A stretch of DNA of 63,633 nucleotides from Bacteroidota bacterium (GCA_029781095.1 JAKOXM010000302.1:1-63633); one strand, 5' to 3'; shown: positions 1 through 9,638, numbered from the stretch's first letter. Notes: generated from the letters alone by a model not told the origin. Numbers and translations: made by a program.

Positions 1-271
1 GTTTGAACTCGAGCCTTGCCAGGTTGAAACTGTAGGAACTGTCGCGATAAGTGCGTTCCAGTGCGTTTTTGTATCGCACGATAAAATCTTCCACCCATTC
101 AAATTCCAGCGTCTGGAGCCCTGCCGCCACGACATTGTGGTATGTAAAACGCGATAATACGCCATTTTCCAGCAAATAGCCCCTGGGAACCCGTCTCGCA
201 AGGAGATTGCAGATGGTTTCTGAGAGATATTCCGGTACGACAACGGCTGATCCGAAGCCGCAGTATTTCAC
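1..271 (-). CDS. Partial CDS running off the left edge (N-terminal part only), unknown function
   Basis: A minus-strand frame is open from the window edge up to at least 424. It translates to protein-like ...PEYLSETICNLLARRVPRGYLLENGVLSRFTYHNVVAAGLQTLEFEWVEDFIVRYKNALERTYRDSSYSFNLARLEFK. It is absent from the ORF track, probably because it has no stop inside the window. The start is unresolved (GTG at 271 or ATG at 424). Confidence 0.35.
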   Translation of the reverse strand, partial: MKYCGFGSAVVVPEYLSETICNLLARRVPRGYLLENGVLSRFTYHNVVAAGLQTLEFEWVEDFIVRYKNALERTYRDSSYSFNLARLEFK

Positions 272-300
272 GGGGCGCCCGCTTTCGGGCGCCCTTTTTT
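272..300 (+). terminator. Textbook intrinsic-terminator-like hairpin oriented on the + strand
   Basis: gggcgcccg (273-281) pairs perfectly with cgggcgccc (286-294) around the tetraloop cttt, and is followed directly by tttttt (295-300). Confidence 0.5.
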
Positions 301-512
301 GTTCCGGTCGCGATTGATGCCTGACCGTGTGGCACAAGATGGCACAAGCTGGCGTGATCTGGCATGATATGTCGCAGAAAGAGTAAGCCTGCGGCGACAC
401 CTTTGCAATGTCGCCCCATATCATTTGTGAAATGCATTCATCAGGAAAATATGTACCTCGCTTATTCCGGTCCCGGGTCAGATTCAGTTAACCACTCAAA
501 TATTTCTCGATT

Positions 513-995
513 ATGAAAAAAGACATTTTGTTTTCTATCGCCATTGCATTGGGCTTTATGGCTGTTTTCGCTGCCTGTTTGAAAGATTCTGAAAATCAGA
601 ATGCCCCGATTGCCATAAAAGATCCGGTTCCAGTGACGGATGAAGGTGTTGCAGACAGGGGTTTGTGTAGCAACACTGTAACTATCGGCGGAGCGGCAGG
701 CTTGTATGTTTGTGGAAACTATAACTTCGGAGTGGGGGGATGTACAGGTTGCTCATCAGCGTATGACCGCATTGGCCCTATCGAGTCTAGTAACTACACA
801 ACCACAATGTTGAGCAGTTGTTTTACTCTTATAAACGATACCAATAGTGCAAGATCGGTTGGTTTTACTGTTGCCGGAAACTCCGGAATTTGCCCAATAA
901 CCGGCGGATATTCGGTTCCTGCACATGGCTCGGCCACATTTTGCATCGTAAGGGTCGGCTCATGCTGCCAGGTCACATCTGCCGATTGCGAATAG
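513..995 (+). CDS. Cysteine-rich putative lipoprotein, unknown function
   Basis: Signal peptide with lipobox MKKDILFSIAIALGFMAVFAAC. The mature part has 11 further Cys and is Gly/Ser/Thr-rich. Confidence 0.55.
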   Translation: MKKDILFSIAIALGFMAVFAACLKDSENQNAPIAIKDPVPVTDEGVADRGLCSNTVTIGGAAGLYVCGNYNFGVGGCTGCSSAYDRIGPIESSNYTTTMLSSCFTLINDTNSARSVGFTVAGNSGICPITGGYSVPAHGSATFCIVRVGSCCQVTSADCE

Positions 996-1234
996 CGTCA
1001 TCCCCTTCAGGCCAAAATTATGTATCATGAGGCCGTTCCCTGTCGGGGCGGCCTCATTTTGATTGGGCGAACAAAAACAACTCTTTCCAATGGCGTGCAA
1101 TTCAGCGATCATCTCCTGCCCGCTGCCGCAAGCAACAATATCTGCAACAGGGTGTTTTCAAACTATCTTACCCGATTGATTGTTTTGCGGTATTGTATGC
1201 ACTATTTTTGCCATAATTTTCGCCGACGCTGAAT

Positions 1235-1654
1235 ATGTTTCGCCGCACACCAAAGGAGTCACCGCTCGAACGCCTTGAACGCGAGGCCAATGACGATTTC
1301 CGCCTGCTCGAAGAGCTCGGCCCGGCGCATTTTGGGGCCGACCATCTTATGGAGATGCACGCCGTCGCGCGCGAACGACTTGCCATATTCAGGGGAAGAC
1401 AGCGATTCGCTATGGTCCTGGGCAGCACCGCTACCGGTTGGGTGCTGCTTGCATTCGTCGCCAACTTTTTGTCATTCAAGTGGTTAGCCTTTGGCGCATT
1501 GGGTGTTGCCGGTTTGAGTTTTGCAGCCTTTCTGGTGATCGTATTTTGGCAAAAAAAGCGGTTTGAAAGCCGGGGCGAACTCGAATACACCAGGCGCATC
1601 ATCGAAGAGGAACTGCGCCGGCGCGCTCAGATGCGCCGGGAAGCGAACCGCTGA
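1235..1654 (+). CDS. Hypothetical membrane protein
   Basis: Two hydrophobic helices (GSTATGWVLLAFVANFL and FGALGVAGLSFAAFLVIVFW). The stop lies 3 bp before the next start, suggesting translational coupling. Confidence 0.5.
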   Translation: MFRRTPKESPLERLEREANDDFRLLEELGPAHFGADHLMEMHAVARERLAIFRGRQRFAMVLGSTATGWVLLAFVANFLSFKWLAFGALGVAGLSFAAFLVIVFWQKKRFESRGELEYTRRIIEEELRRRAQMRREANR

Positions 1655-1657
1655 TCA

Positions 1658-2836
1658 ATGGCCTTGTCACAATTTATTTCCGTTTTTCGTACGGCCTTCG
1701 AATCGGGCCAATTCCTCAAGTGTACCTTGAGCAGGCCGGCGGCAGCTGCTCCCGCCGATCTGAAAAATGTTTACCTGCGCCCGGTATCACTGAAAAAGGG
1801 CGTGTTTGTTTCCTTTACTTTCCGGTATAAAACACGCGACGAAGTCAAAAATCTCGATCTGCAGGCCGCTCTGGATTACCTCTCCGAATGGCTGGGCAAA
1901 GGATTTTTGTCTGCCGACCTGTTCACCTCCGACCACACGTACAGCCTGCATTTTTCAAAATCGGGAGAAGCTACCCTGACTTCGAAAAAAACACACCGCG
2001 ATACTCCTGCAGACACATCGCACAACCGGGAAAAGCATCGCCTGATCGCTCCCTCGGCCCCCTGGCTGCACGCCCTCGGCATCACGAATGCGAAGGGAGA
2101 AGTGCTGCCGACCGCACAGGATAAATGGAAGCAGATCAACAAATTCCTCGAAATCATTGAAAGCCTGCTGCGGGCGCATCCATTGCCGCCCGGCGCCCAA
2201 ATCGCCGATATGGGCAGCGGTAAAGGCTATCTGACCTTTGCCCTGTATGATTTCCTGCGCAACAACCTGGGGCTGGATATCCGGGTAACAGGCATCGAAC
2301 TCCGGCAGAACCTGGTCGATTTTTGCAATAAAACGGCCGTTTCGGCTGGTTTCTCCGACCTGCATTTTGTCGCAGCAGATATCAACGACTACCGTCCCGA
2401 ACGCCTCGACGTGCTCATCGCCCTGCACGCCTGCGATACCGCAACCGACCTCGCTCTCGCGAAAGGCATACACGCCCGGGCCGGTATAGTCATCGTGGCG
2501 CCGTGCTGCCACAAACAGATACGCAGGGAAATGGATGCGCATAACGAACTTGCCCCTGTGCTCCGGCACGGCATCCTGGAAGAACGCCAGGCCGAGATCG
2601 TGACCGACGGCATCCGGGCGCTGCTGCTCGAAGCCAATGGCTACAAAACCAATGTGTTCGAATTCATATCGACGGAGCATACCGCAAAAAATGTAATGAT
2701 TACCGCGATTGAAGCCGGCCGCTCGACGACCGGCGGACAGCGGCGCGACGAAGCGCTTGAAAAAGTGGCCGCATTAAAATCCGGATTCGGAATACGGGAG
2801 CATTATCTGGAAGGGTTGTTGAAGGAGACTCCGTAG
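1658..2836 (+). CDS. Class I SAM-dependent methyltransferase (unknown substrate)
   Basis: Motif I IADMGSGKGYLTFAL, followed by acidic loop GIELR and a Rossmann-like pattern DVLIALHACD. Confidence 0.7.
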   Translation: MALSQFISVFRTAFESGQFLKCTLSRPAAAAPADLKNVYLRPVSLKKGVFVSFTFRYKTRDEVKNLDLQAALDYLSEWLGKGFLSADLFTSDHTYSLHFSKSGEATLTSKKTHRDTPADTSHNREKHRLIAPSAPWLHALGITNAKGEVLPTAQDKWKQINKFLEIIESLLRAHPLPPGAQIADMGSGKGYLTFALYDFLRNNLGLDIRVTGIELRQNLVDFCNKTAVSAGFSDLHFVAADINDYRPERLDVLIALHACDTATDLALAKGIHARAGIVIVAPCCHKQIRREMDAHNELAPVLRHGILEERQAEIVTDGIRALLLEANGYKTNVFEFISTEHTAKNVMITAIEAGRSTTGGQRRDEALEKVAALKSGFGIREHYLEGLLKETP

Positions 2837-2935
2837 ATATTTTGCCCACATTTATCGAATAGGGTCACTAAAAAGCAGCATTTCCCGTTCTTCGGGAGAG
2901 ATTTTCGTTTGCCGCACCTCCAACCCTGTCTGACA

Positions 2936-4168
2936 ATGCTGAAAAAAACGGTCCTTTCCTTCTCGCTGGCGATCCAGAATATCCGGTCCAACCTGTTCCA
3001 TACCCTGTTGTCCATCCTCGGCATCGTGATCGGCGTCGCCGCCCTCGTGTCTATACTGTCATTTATTGACGGCCTCGAGAAATATGCCCGGGACCAGATC
3101 ACAAACACCACCAGCCTCAACACAGTCATCATCAGCACCGAAAAGTTCAGGAACGTAGGGGATGTCAGAATAAAAAAAGACTCTTTTGCTTACTTCAATT
3201 ACGAGAAATACACCCGTTTGCTAAACGGCCTGCAGCATGTTTCCAGGTCGACCCTTGCCACGACCCGGACGCCGGTAGAGATCCGGACCGACAATAATGC
3301 CGGGCCCGCCGGCGCCATGATGGTCGCCATGACGGACGAAATGGGCAAAACGATGGAATTCGCAGCCGGTCGAAACCTCACTGCGGAAGATATATCGGGA
3401 CAGCAACGTGTTGCCATTGTAAACCAGTATCTGGCCCGCCAGATACTGGGCCATGACCGCTACGCGGAATTGACCGGCAAAACGCTGCAGATCAAAGACC
3501 GGACCCTCACGGTGGTCGGAATCGTCAAATCATCAGCCGAATTCCCGACGCCGGAGATATACGTGCCCCTTACCCTTTTGAGCGAGGCGGAGTTACAACA
3601 GGATCCGCCGGGCTGCTTCGTGGAAGCGGCTTCCGTAGAGCACGTTGAAGAACTCAAAAAAGCGGTAGAAAGCAGAATAAATGACATTTTCCCGGGAAAA
3701 AGCGGCGATTTCAAGGTGCTTACAAACGATTTTCGGGTCAGGCAAAGCGCACAGGGATTCAGGTTGTTTCGCATTATCATGGGGCTTATCGTGGGCATCT
3801 CCATCCTTGTAGGCGGCGTAGGCGTGATGAACGTTCTGCTGATCTCTGTCAAGGAGCGCACCGCTGAAATTGGCATCCGGAAAGCGGTAGGCGCAAAACG
3901 CCGCGATATCATGCGCCAGTTTCTGGCTGAATCCATCAGCATCTCCGTTTTTGGCAGTCTTTTGGGCTTGCTGGTCGGCATCCTGGCCACGATGGTTATA
4001 GTGCCAGTTATCAATGCGCTCACGGAATTATCGTTCAAGGCGGTGTACACCTGGAATACATTCAGCACCATTTCGGTAATTGCCGTGCTGGTGGGTGTGG
4101 TTTTCGGCACCTATCCGGCGATGAAAGCCGCCAGGCTTGACCCGGTAGAGGCGATCCGGCGGGAATAA
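2936..4168 (+). CDS. ABC transporter permease, FtsX/MacB-like
   Basis: N-terminal TM helix, a large extracytoplasmic domain, then an FtsX-type C-terminal 3-TM module with VKERTAEIGIRKAVGAKRRDIMRQFLAES. The ATG at 2936 is preferred over the TTG at 2909. Confidence 0.85.
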   Translation: MLKKTVLSFSLAIQNIRSNLFHTLLSILGIVIGVAALVSILSFIDGLEKYARDQITNTTSLNTVIISTEKFRNVGDVRIKKDSFAYFNYEKYTRLLNGLQHVSRSTLATTRTPVEIRTDNNAGPAGAMMVAMTDEMGKTMEFAAGRNLTAEDISGQQRVAIVNQYLARQILGHDRYAELTGKTLQIKDRTLTVVGIVKSSAEFPTPEIYVPLTLLSEAELQQDPPGCFVEAASVEHVEELKKAVESRINDIFPGKSGDFKVLTNDFRVRQSAQGFRLFRIIMGLIVGISILVGGVGVMNVLLISVKERTAEIGIRKAVGAKRRDIMRQFLAESISISVFGSLLGLLVGILATMVIVPVINALTELSFKAVYTWNTFSTISVIAVLVGVVFGTYPAMKAARLDPVEAIRRE

Positions 4169-4380
4169 GTACCCGGAAATCTCTGATCGACAGAATTGAC
4201 GCAGAATTGGCGCAAAAGACCAAAGTGGATTTTATCAATTTGATATGTCCGGGTACCTGAGCGCAATGAAGGCATGTATTTACGATCAGCAAGTATTTGG
4301 AAAGGAAATGGCTGGGTTTTGCCACATGCTGTACTATTTTTGTTCTTCCTAATCAGTCGATCATCGTTTAATACTATTTT

Positions 4381-5007
4381 ATGCTTCGTATTTTACTCCT
4401 TACCGTCTGCCTTCTTACCAGCCTCGTTGTACTTGTCGCACAAAAAACCGATACTGCTTTTACTTCCGGAATTGCGCGGCACCGCGAACATTACAAAGAA
4501 GAGTTCGTTATCGAAACTCGTTCTCCCCTAACCGAACAGGACACGGCGCTGCTCGATTTTTTCAGCCCCGATCCATCCTGGCTAATTGCCGCGCGATTCG
4601 AACGCACGCCCGATACCGAACCCTTCGATATGCCCTCGTACAGCGGCCGAAGCGCCAAATACCGGCAATACGGCACCATATACTTTGAAAAATCGGGTAA
4701 AACATACAGTTTGCAGTTGTACCAGAATATCCGGTTTCTGACCTCGCAAAAGTATTACGACTACCTGTTTTTGCCCTTTAATGACTCCACCAACGATGAT
4801 TCCACCTATGGCGGCGGGCGTTATCTCGATCTTCGTCTCGGCGATATCGGCAGCGACAATATACTGACGGTCGATTTTAATAAAGCCTATAACCCCTGGT
4901 GTGCCTACAGCGACGGGTACAATTGCCCCATTCCGCCGGCTACCAATCACCTCGACCTGGCGGTAGAGGCCGGAGAAAAAAAATTCCGGGGAGAAAAAAA
5001 GCATTGA
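4381..5007 (+). CDS. DUF1684 domain-containing protein
   Basis: Signal peptide plus the hallmark C-terminal pattern YGGGRYLD...DFNKAYNPWCAYSDGYNCPIPPATNHLDLAVEAGEK. Confidence 0.8.
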   Translation: MLRILLLTVCLLTSLVVLVAQKTDTAFTSGIARHREHYKEEFVIETRSPLTEQDTALLDFFSPDPSWLIAARFERTPDTEPFDMPSYSGRSAKYRQYGTIYFEKSGKTYSLQLYQNIRFLTSQKYYDYLFLPFNDSTNDDSTYGGGRYLDLRLGDIGSDNILTVDFNKAYNPWCAYSDGYNCPIPPATNHLDLAVEAGEKKFRGEKKH

Positions 5008-5162
5008 CGCATTTTGATAGCCGGGAACACCCCTGTCGCGGCGGCATTACGGCGCGTTGAATGCCGATTCACCTCACTTTTGTCGGAAAATTCGACCTAT
5101 TCCCGACTTTCGTTGTTTATTCGGCATCGTTATCTCCGGATATCCAAATAAAAGTGTAAAAC

Positions 5163-6305
5163 ATGAAAATCGGCATTGTTTGTTACCCCACCTACGGCGG
5201 CTCCGGCGTAATTGCCACCGAACTCGGCCTGGGGCTCGCCCGGAAAGGCCATGAAGTGCATTTCATTACCTATCGCCGTCCCGTGCGGCTGGCCCATTTC
5301 CACGAAAATGTGTTCTACCACGAGGTGGACAGCGAGGATTACCCGCTTTTTGAATACCCGCCTTATGATACGGCACTGACCTCCACCATCGTCGATGTCG
5401 TGCAGTACCAAAACCTGGACCTGCTGCACGTACATTACGCCATTCCGCACGCCGCAGTAGCGTATATGGCTAAGAAAATACTGCTTTCGCAGGGGCGGTA
5501 CGTTCCGGTGATCACTACATTGCACGGCACCGATATCACCCTCGTAGGAAACAACCGCGCTTTTGCGCCGGTGGTCGAATTCAGCATCAATAAAAGCGAC
5601 GGCGTCACGGCTGTGTCTCAAAACCTGAAAAACGACACGCTGCGGCTCTTCAATATCCAGCGGGACATCCGGGTCATTTACAATTTTATCGATTTTGAAA
5701 GGTTCCGGAAAACCAATAAAGAGCATTTTAAAAAGATCATAGCCCCTGATGGCGAACGCATTATCGCCCACACATCCAATTTCCGGAAAGTGAAACGGGT
5801 GGAGGATGTTATCCGCATCTTTCAAAAAGTTTACAAAAACGTGCCTTCCAAACTTCTGATGATCGGTGATGGTCCCGAAAGGCAGAATGCCGAGCGCCTG
5901 TGCCGCGATATCGGCCTCTGCGACGAAGTGCGTTTTCTGGGCAAACAGGACGCCATCGAAGAACTGCTGGCTATCTGCGATCTTTTTATCATTCCTTCGG
6001 AAAGCGAAAGTTTCGGCCTCGCGGCGCTGGAAGCCATGGCCTGCGAAGTGCCGGTTATTTCATCCGACAGCGGCGGTTTGCCCGAAATCAATATCCACGG
6101 CGTCACCGGCTTCACCAGCCAGCCCGGCAATGTGGATGCAATGGCGAAATACGCCATACAATTGCTGCAAAACGAGGAAATGCTGACCCAGTTCCGCGCC
6201 AACGCCCTCGCCCAGGCCCAGCGATTCGATATCGAAAATATCCTGCCGCAATACGAGGCCTACTACGAGGAGGTGCTGGAGAAGAGTGTTGTAAAGGTAG
6301 AGTGA
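5163..6305 (+). CDS. bshA: N-acetyl-alpha-D-glucosaminyl L-malate synthase (GT4 glycosyltransferase, bacillithiol pathway)
   Basis: N-terminus MKIGIVCYPTYGGSGVIATELGLGLARKGHEVHFI is typical of BshA. The GT4 E-x7-E region is IPSESESFGLAALEAMACEVPVISS. Confidence 0.75.
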   Translation: MKIGIVCYPTYGGSGVIATELGLGLARKGHEVHFITYRRPVRLAHFHENVFYHEVDSEDYPLFEYPPYDTALTSTIVDVVQYQNLDLLHVHYAIPHAAVAYMAKKILLSQGRYVPVITTLHGTDITLVGNNRAFAPVVEFSINKSDGVTAVSQNLKNDTLRLFNIQRDIRVIYNFIDFERFRKTNKEHFKKIIAPDGERIIAHTSNFRKVKRVEDVIRIFQKVYKNVPSKLLMIGDGPERQNAERLCRDIGLCDEVRFLGKQDAIEELLAICDLFIIPSESESFGLAALEAMACEVPVISSDSGGLPEINIHGVTGFTSQPGNVDAMAKYAIQLLQNEEMLTQFRANALAQAQRFDIENILPQYEAYYEEVLEKSVVKVE

Positions 6306-6322
6306 ATACCGCCAAAATAAAT

Positions 6323-6356
6323 TCGTCCCGTCGCACCCAAACGGGCGCGACGGGGC
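6323..6356. terminator. Hairpin between convergent bshA and E2 genes
   Basis: cgtcccgtcgc (6323-6333) pairs with gcgacggggcg (6346-6356) over 11 bp with one G-U pair. Confidence 0.4.
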
Positions 6357-6375
6357 GAATTGGTAATGCAGCAAT

Positions 6376-7692
6376 CTAGATACCCCTGTTTGCGTCGAAC
6401 TGCTCCAGATAATCGCCGACACGGCGCAGGAAGGAGCCGCCCAGCATCCCGTCCACTATGCGGTGGTCGTAGGATAGCGAAAGAAACATCATCTGGCGCA
6501 CGGCGATCACGTCCCCGTACTCGGTTTCCAGCACAGCCGGCTTTTTCCGGATCGCGCCCGTGGCCATAATGGCTGCCTGCGGCTGGTTGATGATGGGTGT
6601 GCCCATCACGTTGCCGAAGGTGCCGACGTTGGTGAGGGTGAAGGTGCCACCCTGGATATCTTCGGGTTTGAGCTGGTTCTGGCGGGCACGTGTGGCGAGG
6701 TCGTTCACCTGTTTGGTGAGTCCCGCGAGGTTGAGCAGATCGGCATTTTTGATGACCGGCACGATGAGGTTGCCGCTTGGCAGCGCCGCCGCCATACCGA
6801 TGTTGATGTCTTTTTTGACAATAATGCTCGTGCCGTCCACGGATACGTTGACCATCGGGAAGTCGCGTAGCGCGCGGGCGACGGCTTCCACAAAAATTGG
6901 CGTAAAAGTGATGTTTTCGCCGTATTTTTTCTTGAATTCGTCCTTGATGCGGTTGCGCCAGTTCACGAGGTTCGTTACGTCGGCCTCCACGAAAGAGGTC
7001 ACGTGCGGGCTGGTGTGTTTGCTCATCACCATGTGATCGGCAATGAGTTTGCGCATGCGATCCATTTCCACGATCTCTACGTTGCCTTCCGTAACGGCTG
7101 CCGGCTGCCGGCTGACGACGGACGGGGCAGTCTGTTGCTGGCTTCCATTGCCGGGTGCAGTGGCTTTCCCGCGGTTGGCCACATAGGCCAGAATATCCTT
7201 TTTCGTCACGCGGCCTTCCTGTCCGGAACCGGGAATACGGTCGAGTTCGGCCTGGCCGATATTTTCAGCCTGCGCAATAGTGCGTACAAGCGGCGAATAA
7301 AAGCGACCTTCCGATTGTGCCGTCAGCGGACGATTGCCGGCCGCGGATACGGCCGCGGGCACATATGGTACCTGCGATTGTGTCTCCTGCTTGCCGTTGA
7401 CGGGCGTCTGCTGGCTGACAGCCGGCGATGCGGCCGGTTGGGCGTTGGAGGCTTCTGTCTCGATGATGGCGATGGGTGTATTGATGGACACCACGTCGTT
7501 TTCCTTGAACAATACCTCGACGAGCACACCCGCTACGGGAGATGGCACCTCGCTGTCCACTTTATCGGTGGCAATATCGAGTACGGGTTCGTCTAGTTCG
7601 ACGCGGTCGCCCGGTTTTTTACGCCACGTGAGAATGGTGGCCTCCATGATACTTTCGCCCATCTTGGGCATCACAAGTTCTACGCGAGCCAT
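6376..7692 (-). CDS. 2-oxoacid dehydrogenase complex E2 (dihydrolipoamide acyltransferase)
   Basis: Lipoyl domain with DIATDKVDSEVPSP, subunit-binding domain FYSPLVRTIAQAENI, and catalytic motif LSLSYDHRIVDG. Confidence 0.9.
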   Translation of the reverse strand: MARVELVMPKMGESIMEATILTWRKKPGDRVELDEPVLDIATDKVDSEVPSPVAGVLVEVLFKENDVVSINTPIAIIETEASNAQPAASPAVSQQTPVNGKQETQSQVPYVPAAVSAAGNRPLTAQSEGRFYSPLVRTIAQAENIGQAELDRIPGSGQEGRVTKKDILAYVANRGKATAPGNGSQQQTAPSVVSRQPAAVTEGNVEIVEMDRMRKLIADHMVMSKHTSPHVTSFVEADVTNLVNWRNRIKDEFKKKYGENITFTPIFVEAVARALRDFPMVNVSVDGTSIIVKKDINIGMAAALPSGNLIVPVIKNADLLNLAGLTKQVNDLATRARQNQLKPEDIQGGTFTLTNVGTFGNVMGTPIINQPQAAIMATGAIRKKPAVLETEYGDVIAVRQMMFLSLSYDHRIVDGMLGGSFLRRVGDYLEQFDANRGI

Positions 7693-7897
7693 GTGTGATA
7701 AAGGTAAGGATTGTGTGAGCCGCGAGGAAAATGACAGAATCGGTTTTCTTTCGCTGACCTTTGACGCCCCTGTCTTTTACTTGTTGACAATAATTTGGTT
7801 AAAGCACCGCAAAGGTACGGATTCTGTCGGCAGTGGCATTATTTGGAGGGCAGTTTTAAAACGATATTTTGCCGGAAACATTGACCTTTGCGGGGTC

Positions 7898-8527
7898 ATG
7901 CAATCAGTAAAGAACATCATATTCGACTTCGGAAACGTCCTTTTCGACCTCGACCTGCCATCCATCGAACGCCAATTCAGACAACATTTCGGAGAACAAT
8001 TCGAAGCTGCCCGTGCAAAATTCCGGCGCGACCGGCTGTTTGAACTTTATGAAACCGGCGGACTCAGCACGGAAGAATTTGTAGATAGCCTCCGTTTTGC
8101 GGCTGATCCCCCGCTCCCGGGGGAAAAGATCGTCTCCGCCTGGAACTCTATTTTTATCAGCATGCCGAAAGAACGGTTTGATATGCTGCTCCGGCTGCGC
8201 CAACGCTATAAAGTGTTCCTGCTCAGCAATATAAACGACCTTCACGCGTCCTGGATCGATGCGTATATGGTGCAGGAACACGGCATACAGGATTTTCAGA
8301 CGCGCTATTTCGACGCGGTCTACTACTCGCACCTGATCCGGCTGCGCAAACCCGACCGCGAAATTTACGAGTACGCCCTGGCCGACGCCGAACTTGTACC
8401 CGAAGAAACCGTTTTTTTCGACGACCTGGAAATAAATATAGCGGCGGCCAAACAGGTTGGCATTCAGGGGATTCTGCATCCGCCTGGCAAGGAAATCAGG
8501 GACGTCGTGGAGGCTTCATTGTTGTGA
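7898..8527 (+). CDS. HAD-superfamily hydrolase (subfamily IA-like)
   Basis: HAD motif I IIFDFGNVLFDLD, motif II LLSN, and C-terminal FFDD. The ATG at 7898 was chosen because the longer ORF from 7334 is antisense to the E2 gene. Confidence 0.8.
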   Translation: MQSVKNIIFDFGNVLFDLDLPSIERQFRQHFGEQFEAARAKFRRDRLFELYETGGLSTEEFVDSLRFAADPPLPGEKIVSAWNSIFISMPKERFDMLLRLRQRYKVFLLSNINDLHASWIDAYMVQEHGIQDFQTRYFDAVYYSHLIRLRKPDREIYEYALADAELVPEETVFFDDLEINIAAAKQVGIQGILHPPGKEIRDVVEASLL

Positions 8528-8826
8528 TTTCTTCATTGCTATGATTGCCGCATTGTTCTGCTGGTGCATTGCCACATTGGGAGTGTTTATTTTTTTTCAC
8601 CCCGGACCCCTGAAGGGGAGTATATCACAAAAATCTAAATAATTGGTTTATTTTCAATGAATTAAGTATTCAACGAAATGTACTCCCCTTCAGGGGTCGG
8701 GAGTGGAAAAGGAGAATTGACACAGATTTCTGAACGCCCTCGCCACATTTGCTACTCGTGGGAGCAGATTGGTGTCAATAAAACAATCCAGGCAATGAAG
8801 CAATCACAACTCACAGGCAATCCCAA
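8516..8826. repeat. About 310 bp nested palindromic element between convergent genes (CATTG-rich outer arms, GC hairpin inner arms)
   Basis: Inner arms are cccggacccctgaaggggagta (8601-8622) and tactccccttcaggggtcggg (8681-8701). Each arm is itself self-complementary (cccctgaagggg). Outer arms at about 8516-8580 and 8770-8826 are rich in cattg/caatg units (gttgtgatttcttcattgctatgattg versus the reverse complement of caatccaggcaatgaagcaatcacaac). Confidence 0.7.
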
Positions 8827-9602
8827 TCGTACAACACCCGGGAAAAATCCCGGGCCACCAGGTCTTTTTCCCGGATGAAAAAATGCCCGACACCCATATC
8901 GCCCCACATGAGATCCATGAGCTGGTCGGAATCGAGTTGGAAAAGAAGCAGCATGGGGTCTTCGGCCCGGCGTGGGTCGTCCTGGGTAAAGTATGCGTAA
9001 CCGCCGATTTTGTGTCCCTGCGGACGTACAGCCTTGCCGAAATCATCCATCACATCCCATTCCTTTGCCCCGAATTGCTGAAAAAAATCGGCGCCGAAGC
9101 GCTGGTAGAACCGGTAATCGGTCATGGCTGCCACCTCTTCGGCGAGTTCGAATGTAAGAGGGTATGTTTCATCCGGATGGTGGGGCAGCAAATCATCGTA
9201 GTCGCGCAGCATTGCCGGCGGGGCCTGCAGAACGGATTCATCCTGAATCACTTCCGCATGGTACACGACCCGAAATGTATCCGGATTTTCTCCGTCGTCG
9301 AAATCCATGCCGTAGAGGTCGTCGTCGTTGATAAAAAACTGTACGATGCCCTGCGAGGGGAAGGGCGTAAGCGAAGGCATTTCGCCAAAATTGAGTTGGG
9401 CAAGGAAAAAGAGCTCCCGTCCGTCCGGTGCGGTGGGCCATACAGCACTTTTAGGCAGGTAAGGCTGGCCGCCAACCTTGCTTTCCCATGGCTTTGTCTG
9501 GCGCGAGGGATGGGCGGTGGCCCGGATGAACGGTAGCTGGGTTTGGAGCAGCCCTTCGCGGAAGGGTTCCATTGCGGTCGGGAGGGAAAGTTGAATTGAC
9601 AT
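8811..9602 (-). CDS. DUF1963 (YwqG-like) domain-containing protein
   Basis: Patterns SKVGGQPYLP...WP, HKIGGYAYFTQDDP and LLLFQLDSD are typical of the family. Confidence 0.65.
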   Translation of the reverse strand: MSIQLSLPTAMEPFREGLLQTQLPFIRATAHPSRQTKPWESKVGGQPYLPKSAVWPTAPDGRELFFLAQLNFGEMPSLTPFPSQGIVQFFINDDDLYGMDFDDGENPDTFRVVYHAEVIQDESVLQAPPAMLRDYDDLLPHHPDETYPLTFELAEEVAAMTDYRFYQRFGADFFQQFGAKEWDVMDDFGKAVRPQGHKIGGYAYFTQDDPRRAEDPMLLLFQLDSDQLMDLMWGDMGVGHFFIREKDLVARDFSRVLYDWDCL

Positions 9603-9638
9603 GCTGCAAACTTACGAAAGTAAAGCCTTCCATGTAAC

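Noticed and set aside
160-270. A TPP-riboswitch-like ctgagag word upstream of the hairpin at 272-300.
   Set aside because: The other conserved THI-box segments, such as the acctgatctggataatgc-type pyrophosphate-sensing helix, are absent on either strand.
99-437. A 112-aa minus-strand ORF from the track.
   Set aside because: The translation looks non-protein-like (Arg/Cys/His-rich), and it spans the GC hairpin. A different minus-strand frame over 1-271 gives a far more plausible protein sequence.
7334-7897. A 5' extension of the HAD hydrolase ORF, making a 397-aa ORF that starts at 7334.
   Set aside because: The extension is antisense to the E2 acyltransferase gene and its translation is Ser/Thr/Gly-rich nonsense. 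The HAD motif I begins right after the internal ATG at 7898.
8457-8878. Two small + strand ORFs (8457-8642 and 8678-8878).
   Set aside because: Both lie inside the nested palindromic element between convergent genes. Their sequences are dictated by the repeat arms.
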